From positions 1-46,779 of the forward strand of contig JBAXLU010000003.1 of NCBI GenBank assembly GCA_037134695.1: a DNA stretch of 46,779 nucleotides, written 5' to 3'. A program made the position numbers and the translations under genes. Shown in pieces: positions 28,456 through 39,093 of this stretch (the first letter of the stretch is position 1; the number at the start of each line of letters is the position of its first letter). The notes below the pieces were generated by a model, which was not told where the DNA came from, ran no database searches, and worked only from the letters and a program-made list of their open reading frames with translations. This DNA is from Candidatus Nomurabacteria bacterium (lineage in GTDB: Bacteria > Patescibacteriota > Minisyncoccia > Phycocordibacterales > UBA5272).

Positions 28456-29835
28456 ATGTATACCATAACAACAGGTGGTTCTGGCTCTTCAACTGAGTCA
28501 GACTCACGTACTCGTTCATCAGGCCCTCGCGGCCGTTCTTATTCACCATCATCTTCACCGCGTGAAGGTGGTTATTCACACCCTCGTTCATCTCAGGGTG
28601 GATATTCACGCGATGGTGGTTCTTCTCGTGGAGGTTATCAATCACGCGCACCCTCTCGCGGAGGATTTTCTCGTGGAAGAGCTGCAGCACCTCGCGCGTT
28701 TAATGCAAAGCGTGGTTTTAGAAAGGATTATATTGATGAAAAACTTTTTATTAATAAAGAAGCTGGAGTTACAGAAACAGATCACTACAATCCAAAACAT
28801 AAGTTTACTGATTTTAATATCGCAGAACTTTTGTCAGCTAACTTAACAGCAAAGGGACTTATCAGCCCATCACCAATTCAAGATCAGGCTATTCCTGAGG
28901 TTTTATTTGGAAAAGATGTTATCGGTATTGCTTCTACTGGTACAGGAAAAACAGCAGCATTTCTTATTCCTTTAATTAATAAGCTTGTTGCTAACAATGA
29001 TCATAAAATGATGGTCCTTTGTCCAACGCGTGAACTTGCACAACAAGTGGAGGCTGAATTCGTAGCTTTTACTCGTGGTATGAAACTTTTTTCTGTCTCA
29101 TGTGTGGGAGGTGCACCAATTATGCGTCAAATAAAAGAACTAGAGCTTGGAGTCAATGCGGTTATTGGTACACCAGGACGTGTTAAGGATCTTATTGAAC
29201 GTGGAAAAATTAAAATGTCATATTTTGATAGTATTGTTCTTGATGAAGCTGACCGTATGTTAGATATGGGATTCATTGACGACATGCGTTCTATTTTAGG
29301 GGCAATGCCAAAGACAAAGCAAGGACTTTTCTTCTCTGCAACATTTTCTCCAGACATTAAGCGTTTATGTACTGATTTCTTAAATAATCCAATTACTATT
29401 TCTGTTAAAACTCGTGATACAGCAGCTTCTGTTATGCAAGATGTTGTAAGGGTAAACGGAGATAATGAAAAGGTGGAGGCTTTACATGAAATACTTAACA
29501 AGCCAGAATATTCTAAAGTTCTTATATTTAGAGAAATGAAAAGACATGTGGATGGATTGGCGGCAGAACTTACAAAGAGAGGTTTCAAAGCCCTTGCCCT
29601 TCATGGTGATATGCATAATCGTGAACGTGAACGAGCTGTTAAAGCACTTGAAGCTGGAAAGGTACAAGTTGTTATTGCAACTGACGTAGCAGCACGAGGA
29701 CTTGATATTTCAGACATATCACTTGTCGTTAATTATGATATTCCAAATAATTACGAAACTTATATTCATAGAATTGGAAGAACAGGAAGAGCTAAGAAGT
29801 TAGGTGCTGCTATCACTTTTGTCCCAAAAAGATAA
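28456..29835 (+). CDS. DEAD-box RNA helicase with N-terminal RGG/SR-rich extension
   Basis: Q motif, GTGKT, PTRELA, DEAD, SAT, ARGLD and HRIGRTGR. ATG 28456 is preferred over GTG 28432. Confidence 0.95.
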   Translation: MYTITTGGSGSSTESDSRTRSSGPRGRSYSPSSSPREGGYSHPRSSQGGYSRDGGSSRGGYQSRAPSRGGFSRGRAAAPRAFNAKRGFRKDYIDEKLFINKEAGVTETDHYNPKHKFTDFNIAELLSANLTAKGLISPSPIQDQAIPEVLFGKDVIGIASTGTGKTAAFLIPLINKLVANNDHKMMVLCPTRELAQQVEAEFVAFTRGMKLFSVSCVGGAPIMRQIKELELGVNAVIGTPGRVKDLIERGKIKMSYFDSIVLDEADRMLDMGFIDDMRSILGAMPKTKQGLFFSATFSPDIKRLCTDFLNNPITISVKTRDTAASVMQDVVRVNGDNEKVEALHEILNKPEYSKVLIFREMKRHVDGLAAELTKRGFKALALHGDMHNRERERAVKALEAGKVQVVIATDVAARGLDISDISLVVNYDIPNNYETYIHRIGRTGRAKKLGAAITFVPKR

Positions 29836-29959
29836 ACATTAGTAATTTTAGCGAACTACTGCGTTAGAAGAAAATTTTTCTCCATGCGCCGTACTATGTG
29901 TACGTCTTAGTCAAAAAATTTTCTTCTGCCTTGTATTTCATCTAAAATAACTAATGTTT
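29834..29959. repeat. Stop-adjacent structured repeat, copy 6
   Basis: Stems aaacattag/ctaatgttt and agaagaaaattttt/aaaaattttcttct; core cgtac-tatgt-gtacg. Confidence 0.82.
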
Positions 29960-29961
29960 TA

Positions 29962-30073
29962 AAATATTTTAGCGATCTGCTTTGTTACAAAACATTTTTT
30001 CTCCACGCAATGTACTATTCGTACATCTTGGTCGAAAAAATGTTCTGTGCCTCGCATATCATCTAAAATATTT
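29962..30073. repeat. Structured repeat, copy 7 (tandem to copy 6)
   Basis: Stems aaatattttag/ctaaaatattt and aacatttttt/aaaaaatgtt; core atgtac-tattc-gtacat. Confidence 0.82.
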
Positions 30074-30114
30074 ATCTTTTGAGACATCTGACGTTTAAAT
30101 TAAAAATATTTTAA

Positions 30115-30152
30115 AAACACTAAAGCGCGCCGTAAGGCGCGCTTTAGTGTTT
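30115..30152. terminator. GC-rich hairpin
   Basis: aaacactaaagcgcgcc-gtaa-ggcgcgctttagtgttt. Confidence 0.6.
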
Positions 30153-30256
30153 GTATTTTTGAAAAACAAAATTGAAAATTATGGCCATAATTAATTATGG
30201 CCACCTTGTTCATAACTTTTGATATTAAATATTTTTATACGGTATACTGAATACAT

Positions 30257-30796
30257 ATGAAAATAATTCCATTTATAAAAAATTTTGAAAAGAAGCATTT
30301 TAATGAAACTTTAATTATCGGTGTTATTAGTGGTATAGGTCTTGGTATGTTTTTATTTTCTACGATTGTTCCTGATCCATCAAGAATTACAAGAGCATAT
30401 CCTATGAAAGCTTATCAAGAGTTTAATAGCGGCCGTGGGGAAATTATTACAGTTAGAAGAGGTAGTGGAGATTCAATGATGATACAAAGTAGCAATCTTT
30501 CTCCCACAATGATGAGAGTTGACTCAGCTGATGGTGTTACATATTCGGCGAGGGCAGTTCCAGCAACTATTTTGGATGAAAAACAATTCTTAAATGAAAT
30601 TATTTCTCAATATGAATCAAATATTCGTTTAGCTCATCAAGCTCTTGCTGTTGAAGGTATAAGTACTGAGGTGGCAAGTTTAGCTCAAAATATTATAGAT
30701 ACCAAAACTGCTGAAGTTTCTGCTATGAAAGATTTACTTACTCCAAAAACTACAACAGTGACTGGTAAGACAACAACGAAAACAACTAAAAAGTAG
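30257..30796 (+). CDS. Membrane-anchored protein with DUF305-like helical domain
   Basis: N-terminal TM; the segment FLNEII...LAQNIIDTKTAEVSAMKDLL resembles DUF305 but lacks the usual HH pair. Confidence 0.5.
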   Translation: MKIIPFIKNFEKKHFNETLIIGVISGIGLGMFLFSTIVPDPSRITRAYPMKAYQEFNSGRGEIITVRRGSGDSMMIQSSNLSPTMMRVDSADGVTYSARAVPATILDEKQFLNEIISQYESNIRLAHQALAVEGISTEVASLAQNIIDTKTAEVSAMKDLLTPKTTTVTGKTTTKTTKK

Positions 30797-30915
30797 TTAG
30801 ACATTAGAGGTTAGGAGTTTAAATACAAAAGCACGGTCTACAGACCGTGTTTTAGTGTTTGTATTAAACTCTTAACACATATTTTATTTCATAGTATATT
30901 TGTTATAATTATTTA

Positions 30916-31518
30916 ATGAAACAACAAGTCTTTGTTATACACGGAGGGGACGCTTTTAATACATATGAGGAGTATTTTTCTGCTTTAGAAAAAGTTGAGG
31001 TTAATCTTGAGAAATTACAGAAAAAAAGTTGGAAAGAATCTCTGCCTGAAAGTTTGGGAAGTGATTATAGTGTTTATCTTGTTAAAATGCCAAGTGCTTT
31101 TAATGCGAAATATAATGAGTGGAAATTATGGTTTGAAAAATATTTGCCATTATTCAATGATGATTTAATTTTAATTGGCCACTCACTCGGTGCTGTATTT
31201 TTGGCTAAATATCTTTCTGAAGAAAATATTTTAAGAAAAATAAAAGCAACATTTCTTGTAGCTGCACCATATGAATATGACGATGATAGAAAATTGCCAG
31301 AGTTTGCAATTGAAAAACCACTTTTAAAATTAGTAGAGCAAGCAGGGGAATTATATATGTATCATAGTAAAGATGATCCAGTCGTTCCTTATTTTGAATT
31401 TGAAAAGTATCGTGGGCAATTACCGAATGCTCATATGAAGTCTTTTGAAGATAAACAACATTTTAATCAGGAAACTTTTCCAGAATTAATAGAAGATATC
31501 AAAATAATTAATAGCTAA
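30916..31518 (+). CDS. Alpha/beta hydrolase, RBBP9/YdeN family
   Basis: Motifs VIHGG, nucleophile GHSLG, HSKDDPVVP and QHFN. Confidence 0.85.
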   Translation: MKQQVFVIHGGDAFNTYEEYFSALEKVEVNLEKLQKKSWKESLPESLGSDYSVYLVKMPSAFNAKYNEWKLWFEKYLPLFNDDLILIGHSLGAVFLAKYLSEENILRKIKATFLVAAPYEYDDDRKLPEFAIEKPLLKLVEQAGELYMYHSKDDPVVPYFEFEKYRGQLPNAHMKSFEDKQHFNQETFPELIEDIKIINS

Positions 31519-31628
31519 TTTGCATAGGTGAAACCTATGTAAATTTGTATTTTCTGTATTCAAGCTAATAACCAATAACGAATAACTAATAACCGGGCCC
31601 ATTATCCCCATAATCCCCAGTTTAGCTC

Positions 31629-31812
31629 TTGCTATTTTTAAAAAAGCCTGTTATAATCCACCCACTATTGACCACTGATTTAGTTACGAGCGAGGACAAT
31701 ATAGGTAGTATAAAAGAGTAAAAAAGGGCGAATCAGTGCGCTATTATCCAGTTTCTCATTTATATAATTAAAAGCCAAAGCAAAGAGGGTTTGCTTTGGC
31801 ACCATTGTCGTT
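31629..31812 (+). promoter_or_regulatory. rpoB promoter and structured 5' leader
   Basis: TTGCTA-17 nt-TATAAT (31629-31657); leader stems cactgatt/aatcagtg and gccaaagcaaa/tttgctttggc. Confidence 0.55.
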
Positions 31813-34800
31813 ATGCCAAAAACACATCGTAAAGAGCTTCCTGTGAAAACATTCTCTAAATATAGAGAACCACTTACTAAATTACCTAACCTCGTCGAAA
31901 ATCAGCTTATCTCATACAAAGACCTCACTGAACGTGGCATCGCGGAAATTTTCCGTGAATTCTCACCGCTTCATGACTATTCAGAGAAAAAGTTTGACCT
32001 TGAATTTATTTCATTTGAACTTTCACCAGCAAAGTATGATGAAGTTTATGCAAAGGAAAACAAACTTACATACGAAGCACCACTTCGCGCTCGTGTAAAA
32101 CTTTCAAACAAAATTCTAAATACAGTTAAGGAACAGGAAATATTCATGGCAGATTTTCCTTTGATGACTATTCACGGAACATTCATTATTAACGGTGTTG
32201 AACGTGTAGTTGTTCCTCAGCTCGCTCGTTCATTCGGTGTATTCTTCGATTCAGAAGAATCAAAAGGCAAAAAATACTTCGGTGCAAAAATAATTCCTTC
32301 ACGTGGTGTTTGGATTGAACTTGGAACTGAATCAGATGGTGGTATATATGTGCGTATTGATAAAAAGCGTAAATTCTCTGTAATTGCGCTTCTTCGTGTT
32401 ATGGGTCTTGCAACAGATGATCAAATCAAGAAAGCTTTTGAAGGGCGTGATTTTGCATTGCAGGCAATCTCATCATTGCTAGAACGTGATGAAGTAAAGA
32501 CAATACATGATTCATATATTGAAATCTATAAGCGTCTTCGTGATGGTGATCTAGCTACTCCTGAAAATGCTAAGGAATATGTAGACTCAATTCTTTCACC
32601 TGAACGTTATGATCTTTCACCAGTTGGACGTTTCCGTTTCAATAAGCGCTTCGGCAAGCCAATTGATCCAAAGACAGATAAGGACGCTGCACGTCGTACT
32701 CTTTCAAAAGAAGATATGGTTGAAATCATTAACTATTTCGTTGAATTAAATAATAATCCAAATGCAGAGGAAGACGATATCGACCACTTAGGTTCACGTC
32801 GTGTTCGTTATGTTGGAGAAATGATGGCCGGTAAAATCCGTACAGGTATGATGCAGATGAAGAGAAATATTCAGGATAAAATGTCTGTTATCGATACAGA
32901 TACAACTCTTCCTATTGCGATAATCAATCAGCGTCCACTACAGGCTCGTATTAAAGAGTTCTTTACCACAAACCAGCTTTCACAGTTCATGAATCAGGAA
33001 AACTTGCTTGCGGAAGTTGAACACTTGCGTACATTATCTGCCCTTGGTCCCGGAGGTTTGACCCGTGAGCGTGCTGGTTTTGAAGTTCGTGATGTTCACA
33101 CTTCTCACTATGGTCGCGTTTGTCCGATTCACACTCCAGAAGGTCCAAACATTGGTCTTATTTTGCGTTTATCTAACTATGCTCGTATAAATGATTTCGG
33201 TATTATTGAAACTCCTTATGTAAAAGTAACAAAAGGAAAGATCACAAAAGAAATTATTTATATGAATGCTCTTGAAGAAGAACGTTACATTATCGCTCAT
33301 GCTGGAAACGTGGTTGATAAAGATGGAATGTTAACTAATCCACAAACAGAAGTTCGTAAAGATAGTCAGCCTGCTCTTGTACCACGTGAAGATGTTGATT
33401 TCATCGACGTAGCAACAAACCAAGCTTTCTCTGTTGCGACTTCTATGATCCCATTCCTAGAACACAACGATGCGACTCGCTCACTGATGGGTAGTAATAT
33501 GCAGAAACAAGCAGTGCCACTTATGTGTCCTGAGGCACCACTAGTAGCAACTGGTATGGAAAGAGAAGCTGCAAAGAATATCGGAAGACTTGTTTTGGCT
33601 GATGAAGCAGGGGATGTTAAGTATGTAGACGCAAAGAAAATTATCATTAAGGCAGACAAGAAAGAATACACTTACGATTTGATTAACTTTGCTCGTACAA
33701 ACGCTTTCAACCTTTTCCACCAGAGACCTATAGTTTCAATTGGTGAAAAAGTTAAGAAGGGACAAGTTTTGGCTGACGCTGCGACATCAGATAATGGTCA
33801 GATCGCTCTTGGTCACAATGTTCGTGTAGCTTTCCTATCATGGAATGGTGCGAACTATGAAGATGCCATCATCCTTTCGGAAAGATTGGTTAAGGATAGT
33901 AAATTCTCATCAATTCACATTGAAGAATTCGTATGTAATGTTCGTGATACAAAATTAGGAGCAGAAATCACAACACATGATATTCCAAATGTTGGTGAAA
34001 GTAAGTTAAAGAATCTAGATGAAGATGGAATCATTCGTATCGGCGCTGAAGTACGTCCAGGGGATATTTTGGTTGGTAAGATTACACCAAAGGGTGAAAC
34101 TGAACTTACTCCAGAAGAAAGATTATTGCGTTCTATTTTCGGTGAAAAAGTTCGTGATGTAAAAGATTCATCATTAAGATTGGATCATGGAAAGCGTGGA
34201 CGTATTATTGGTGTAAAAGTTTTCTCACGTGAGAGAGGGGATAATCTAGAAAGTGGAATCATCAAGCGTGTTCACATTGAAGTTGCGCAAGTCCGTAACA
34301 TTTCAGTTGGAGACAAGCTAGCTGGACGCCATGGAAACAAGGGAGTTATTTCAACAATTCTTCCAGTAGAAGAAATGCCTTTCGCAGCAGACGGAACACC
34401 GATTGATATTTTGTTAACACCGCTTGGTGTGCCATCTCGTATGAACCTAGGACAAATTCTTGAAATGCATTTAGGATTGGCTGCTGAATCACTTGGTTAC
34501 CAAGCCGTTGTGCCTTCATTCCAAGGAGCATCTGATGCAGAAATTAAAGAAGAATTAGTTAAGGCTGGATTTAAGGAATCAGGAACAATGCAATTATATG
34601 ATGGACGAACAGGCGAGGCTTTCAATCAGGAAACTGCCGTCGGAGTTATGTATATTATGAAACTTCACCATATGGTTGAAGATAAGATTCACATGCGTTC
34701 CATCGGTCCTTACTCTCTTATCACTCAGCAACCACTTGGAGGAAAGGCTCAAGGTGGAGGTCAAAGATTCGGGGAAATGGAAGTATGGGCACTTGAAGGT

Positions 34801-35028
34801 TACGGGGCATCACACATTTTGCGTGAAATGTTGACTGTAAAATCTGACGATATCGTCGGACGTTCAGCAGCATTTGATAGCATTATTAAAGGTGAAGATA
34901 TCAAAGAACCAAACACACCAGCGTCATTTACAGTTATGTTGAACACTCTTCGTGGATTGTCACTCGACGTTACACCTAGAAAGTTAGATGGATATGAAGA
35001 GCCATTAATAGGTGAATCATCTCTATAA
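31813..35028 (+). CDS. rpoB: RNA polymerase beta subunit
   Basis: Motifs GTFIINGVERV, TPEGPNIGL, GDKLAGRHGNKG and GGQRFGEME. Confidence 0.98.
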   Translation: MPKTHRKELPVKTFSKYREPLTKLPNLVENQLISYKDLTERGIAEIFREFSPLHDYSEKKFDLEFISFELSPAKYDEVYAKENKLTYEAPLRARVKLSNKILNTVKEQEIFMADFPLMTIHGTFIINGVERVVVPQLARSFGVFFDSEESKGKKYFGAKIIPSRGVWIELGTESDGGIYVRIDKKRKFSVIALLRVMGLATDDQIKKAFEGRDFALQAISSLLERDEVKTIHDSYIEIYKRLRDGDLATPENAKEYVDSILSPERYDLSPVGRFRFNKRFGKPIDPKTDKDAARRTLSKEDMVEIINYFVELNNNPNAEEDDIDHLGSRRVRYVGEMMAGKIRTGMMQMKRNIQDKMSVIDTDTTLPIAIINQRPLQARIKEFFTTNQLSQFMNQENLLAEVEHLRTLSALGPGGLTRERAGFEVRDVHTSHYGRVCPIHTPEGPNIGLILRLSNYARINDFGIIETPYVKVTKGKITKEIIYMNALEEERYIIAHAGNVVDKDGMLTNPQTEVRKDSQPALVPREDVDFIDVATNQAFSVATSMIPFLEHNDATRSLMGSNMQKQAVPLMCPEAPLVATGMEREAAKNIGRLVLADEAGDVKYVDAKKIIIKADKKEYTYDLINFARTNAFNLFHQRPIVSIGEKVKKGQVLADAATSDNGQIALGHNVRVAFLSWNGANYEDAIILSERLVKDSKFSSIHIEEFVCNVRDTKLGAEITTHDIPNVGESKLKNLDEDGIIRIGAEVRPGDILVGKITPKGETELTPEERLLRSIFGEKVRDVKDSSLRLDHGKRGRIIGVKVFSRERGDNLESGIIKRVHIEVAQVRNISVGDKLAGRHGNKGVISTILPVEEMPFAADGTPIDILLTPLGVPSRMNLGQILEMHLGLAAESLGYQAVVPSFQGASDAEIKEELVKAGFKESGTMQLYDGRTGEAFNQETAVGVMYIMKLHHMVEDKIHMRSIGPYSLITQQPLGGKAQGGGQRFGEMEVWALEGYGASHILREMLTVKSDDIVGRSAAFDSIIKGEDIKEPNTPASFTVMLNTLRGLSLDVTPRKLDGYEEPLIGESSL

Positions 35029-35090
35029 TTAAGCAAAATTAAGGAGAAAAACGACTATAATTTTCTTACCCAGCCACACATCACAAATAT

Positions 35091-35192
35091 ATGAAAACAA
35101 TATTAAATAACAAAAGTATAATAGTGAAAAATAACTACATCGCTAATGCGGTGTGGCTGGGTGGAATTTTTTATAATCGCTTCGCTCATTAA
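35091..35192 (+). CDS. Possible 33-aa leader ORF upstream of rpoC
   Basis: MKTILNNKSIIVKNNYIANAVWLGGIFYNRFAH*. Starts in the loop of a long hairpin; no homology evidence. Confidence 0.25.
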   Translation: MKTILNNKSIIVKNNYIANAVWLGGIFYNRFAH

Positions 35193-35203
35193 AAAATAAC
35201 CAT

Positions 35204-38200
35204 ATGAAAACAATTGATACAACAAATTTCGACGGTCTTGCGATTAAAGTCGCATCACCTGAGGCAATCAGAAGCTGGTCCTTTGGTGAGGTAACAAAAC
35301 CAGAGACCATTAACTATAGAACAGGACGCAGTGAGCGTTATGGACTTTTCGATGAAAGAATTTTCGGTCCAGAAAAAGATTATGAATGTTATTGTGGAAA
35401 ATATCGTCGTATTCGTTATAAAGATATAGTTTGTGAGAAGTGTGGAGTTGAAGTAACAAAGTCTATTGTTCGTCGTGAACGAATGGGACATATTGAGCTT
35501 GCAAGTCCTGTTGCTCATATTTGGTTTTTACGTACAGTGCCTTCACGTATTTCACTTATTCTCTCTCAGCCAGTTGGTGATGTAGAAAAAGTTGTTTACT
35601 TTGCTGGATACATTATTAAATCAGTTAATTTAGAAGCTAAGGCAGAAATTTTAGCTAATCTTGATAGTGAATTTAAGGCAAAAGTAAAATCAGCAACAGA
35701 TGAAAAGACACAAGATAAACTTCGTGAGCTTTTAACTGCAACAAAGAAAGAAATTGAAGAAATCAAACCATGGAAAATCTTTGATGAATTAACATATCAC
35801 AGATATGCAATGAAGTATGGAACATGTTTTGAGGCTGGTATCGGAGCTGAAGCTATTTTTGAAATCTTTAAGACTATTGATTTATCAGAACTTGAAGCAA
35901 AAATCGTTGTTTTACTTGAAAAGATTGGTTCACTTGAACGTGATAAAGCTGAGAAGCGTCTTTCTCTTGTGAGAGCTTTCAAAAATGCTGGCATTCGTCC
36001 TGAATGGATGTTTATGACAGTTATTCCAGTTATACCACCAGGAATACGCCCTATGGTTGCTCTTGAAGGTGGACGTTATGCAGCGTCTGATGTGAATGAT
36101 CTTTATCGTCGTGTAATCAATCGTAATAATCGTTTAAAGAAATTAATGGAAATTGGTGCACCGGATGTTATTTTAAGAAATGAAAAAAGAATTCTACAGG
36201 AAGCAGTAGATGCATTAATTGATAACTCTGCTCGCCATGGTCAAGATGCTGTTATGAGTCAGTCACAGAAGCGTCAGCTAAAGTCACTGTCAGATAACCT
36301 AAAAGGAAAGCAGGGACTACTTCGTGGAAACCTTCTTGGAAAGCGTGTGGACTATTCTGCTCGTTCTGTTATTGTGGTTGGTCCATCACTTGCACTTAAT
36401 GAGTGTGGTCTTCCAAAGCATATGGCACTTGAACTTTTCAAGCCATTCGTTATTTCAAAATTACTCGAAAGAGAATTAGCTTTCAACATTCGTGGAGCTA
36501 ATAAATTAATAGAAGAAAGTATTCCAGAAGTATGGGCAATTCTAGAAGAATGTATCGAAGGAAAGTATGTACTTCTAAACCGTGCTCCTACACTTCACAG
36601 ATTAGGTATTCAAGCTTTCAATCCAAAGTTGATTGAAGGTAATGCTATATCTCTTCACCCACTCGTTTGTTCTGCTTTTAACGCTGACTTCGACGGTGAC
36701 CAAATGGCTGTTCACTTACCATTATCAGAGGCTGCTCAAGAAGAAGCTCGTACACTTATGGCTGCTAATAGAAACCTATTAAAGCCTGGGTCAGGAGATT
36801 CTATTGTTAGTCCTCGTATGGATATGGTGCTCGGTGCTTATTGGATGACAAAAGTTATTGAAGGTGAAAAAGGTGAAGGAAAAATATTCCCAACCCCAAA
36901 TGAAGCTATTACTGCTTATGACTTTGGTATTGTTTCTTTCCGCGCAAAAATTACAGTTATGCCAAGTGATAAAGCAAAGTATGCTATGTTTGGAGGTAAG
37001 CCATTTGAGACAACAATCGGAAGACTTTTGTTTAACTCTGTTTTCCCATCAGATTTCCCTTATATAAATGAGGAAGTTACAGTTAAGAAAATTAACACAA
37101 TTGTTGATGAAGTTATTTTGGCTTATGGAGCTGAAGTTGCACCAACAGTAATCGATAAAATTAAGACTTTCGGTTACAAATATGCAACAGTTTCAGGAAC
37201 AACTTGGAATATCGATGCAGTGAAAGTTCCTAAAGAAAAAACAGAATTAGTTGCAGAAGGGTGGGAACAAGCAGGTCGTGTGGACGAATCTTTCGCAGAA
37301 GGTCTTCTTTCTGATGAAGAGCGTTATGAAAAGACAATTGAAGTATGGCAAGGTGTTAGAAGTAAGATTGAAAAACTTATTCCTGCCTCACTTGAAAAGC
37401 ATGGTTCAGTTTATGACTTGATTAATTCAGGGGCCAGAGGTTCTATTGCTCAGGTTATTCAGATGGCCGGAATGAAGGGTATTATTGTGAACAACTCAGG
37501 ACGTAACTTGGACTTCCCAGTTATTTCTTCTTACAAAGAAGGACTAACACCACTTGAATATTTCATTACAACTTATGGTGCTCGTAAAGGAAACTCAGAT
37601 ACAGCTCTAAAGACTGCTCAAGCTGGATACCTTACACGTCGTCTAGTTGATGTGGCACAGGATGCTATCATTACAGAAATTGATTGTGGTACAAAAGAAA
37701 GTAAAGTTGTTCGTAAAGAAAATGCTCTTGGTATTGAAGTTCCAATTTCAAAAAATATTCGCGGACGTATCATTGCTGAAGATATTGTTGTTGATGGAAA
37801 AGTTCTATTCAAGAAGAATCATCTAATTAACAAGGACGATTCAGTTATAGTAGAAAACGCCGGTGTACAAGAGGCGAAAGTATTTTCTCCACTTATGTGT
37901 CAGTCATTACATGGTATTTGTCAGAAATGTTATGGACTAGATATGGGACGTAACAAGAAGGTGGACTTAGGTGAAGCAGTTGGAATCGTCGCGGCGCAAG
38001 CCATCGGTGAACCAGGAACACAGCTTACTATGCGTACTTTCCACTCTGGAGGAGTTTCTGGAGTCGATATTACACAAGGTCTTCCTCGTGTTGAAGAAAT
38101 CTTTGAAAGAAGAATGCCAAAGAATCCTGCAATCATAGCTCATGAAGCAGGTGAAGTTATGGGTATTCGTGATGAAGGAAAAGAAAAAATCATTACTATC

Positions 38201-38800
38201 ATTATGGATGATGATGGAGCAAAGGGAAATAAGAGTGGTAAGCAAGTTGAATACACAGTACCATTCCGTCGTCAGCCAATTGTAAAAGTTGGAGATATGA
38301 TTAAGAAGGGTCAAATGTTAACTGATGGATCTTGTGATATTGATGAACTATTCCAAAATGCTGGAAAGGAAGTTACAGAAGAATATATCGTAAGTGAAAT
38401 TAACAAAGTTTATGAATTACAAGGTGCAGCTATTTCTCGTAAGCACGTTGAAGTTATTATCAAGCAAATGCTTGGACGTGTGAAAATTACAAACCCAGGC
38501 GAAACTCGCTTTACACAAAGTGATGTCGTTGAAGTTTCAAATTTCCGCTCAGAAAATATGCGTACAAAGGCTCGTGGTGGAGTAGAGGCAAAGGGGCGTT
38601 ATTTGGTACTTGGTATCACAGATGTTGCTTTATCTACTGATTCCTGGCTATCGAGTGCATCATTCCAAAATACAACACGTGTGCTTATAACAGCATCAAC
38701 GAGAGGTCAGATGGATGAGCTACGTGGGCTAAAGGAAAACGTAATAATCGGCCGCTTGATTCCCGCTGGCACCGGCCTCCGCGGAAAGAAACAGTCATAA
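35204..38800 (+). CDS. rpoC: RNA polymerase beta' subunit
   Basis: Zinc finger, LLGKRVDYS, NADFDGD, GEPGTQLTMRTFH and GLKENVIIGRLIPAGTG. Confidence 0.98.
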   Translation: MKTIDTTNFDGLAIKVASPEAIRSWSFGEVTKPETINYRTGRSERYGLFDERIFGPEKDYECYCGKYRRIRYKDIVCEKCGVEVTKSIVRRERMGHIELASPVAHIWFLRTVPSRISLILSQPVGDVEKVVYFAGYIIKSVNLEAKAEILANLDSEFKAKVKSATDEKTQDKLRELLTATKKEIEEIKPWKIFDELTYHRYAMKYGTCFEAGIGAEAIFEIFKTIDLSELEAKIVVLLEKIGSLERDKAEKRLSLVRAFKNAGIRPEWMFMTVIPVIPPGIRPMVALEGGRYAASDVNDLYRRVINRNNRLKKLMEIGAPDVILRNEKRILQEAVDALIDNSARHGQDAVMSQSQKRQLKSLSDNLKGKQGLLRGNLLGKRVDYSARSVIVVGPSLALNECGLPKHMALELFKPFVISKLLERELAFNIRGANKLIEESIPEVWAILEECIEGKYVLLNRAPTLHRLGIQAFNPKLIEGNAISLHPLVCSAFNADFDGDQMAVHLPLSEAAQEEARTLMAANRNLLKPGSGDSIVSPRMDMVLGAYWMTKVIEGEKGEGKIFPTPNEAITAYDFGIVSFRAKITVMPSDKAKYAMFGGKPFETTIGRLLFNSVFPSDFPYINEEVTVKKINTIVDEVILAYGAEVAPTVIDKIKTFGYKYATVSGTTWNIDAVKVPKEKTELVAEGWEQAGRVDESFAEGLLSDEERYEKTIEVWQGVRSKIEKLIPASLEKHGSVYDLINSGARGSIAQVIQMAGMKGIIVNNSGRNLDFPVISSYKEGLTPLEYFITTYGARKGNSDTALKTAQAGYLTRRLVDVAQDAIITEIDCGTKESKVVRKENALGIEVPISKNIRGRIIAEDIVVDGKVLFKKNHLINKDDSVIVENAGVQEAKVFSPLMCQSLHGICQKCYGLDMGRNKKVDLGEAVGIVAAQAIGEPGTQLTMRTFHSGGVSGVDITQGLPRVEEIFERRMPKNPAIIAHEAGEVMGIRDEGKEKIITIIMDDDGAKGNKSGKQVEYTVPFRRQPIVKVGDMIKKGQMLTDGSCDIDELFQNAGKEVTEEYIVSEINKVYELQGAAISRKHVEVIIKQMLGRVKITNPGETRFTQSDVVEVSNFRSENMRTKARGGVEAKGRYLVLGITDVALSTDSWLSSASFQNTTRVLITASTRGQMDELRGLKENVIIGRLIPAGTGLRGKKQS

Positions 38801-38915
38801 ATTGCGAAGCTACTTTGTCGTTACGAAATTTTTCTTAGTCAACGTAGTCCTACCTACGTCTCCTTCGAAAAATTCCTAGACTCCTCGTAGCTTCATCAAT
38901 TTCTGACGTTTCTTT
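38785..38915. repeat. Stop-adjacent structured repeat, copy 8 (after rpoC)
   Basis: Outer stem aaagaaac.gtca/tgacgtttcttt pairs with the rpoC 3' end; gaagctac/gtagcttc; core acgtag-tcctac-ctacgt. Confidence 0.85.
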
Positions 38916-38975
38916 GTGCCTTCGATTAACATTTAATTTTGAAACCGGCTGACGTAATATATAGGAATAAGTTTC

Positions 38976-39061
38976 AGCAAAAGCGCGACCTTTACAAGAC
39001 TGCGATTTCAAAAGATTGATTACAATCTAAGAAATCGGGAGCCTTCGGTCGCGCTTTTGCT
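38976..39061. repeat. Inverted-repeat element, left of the TA pair
   Basis: agcaaaagcgcgacc ... ggtcgcgcttttgct with an internal hairpin. Confidence 0.7.
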
Positions 39062-39093
39062 ATTTCTAATTAAGTTCTCCGAATTGAATTTGT

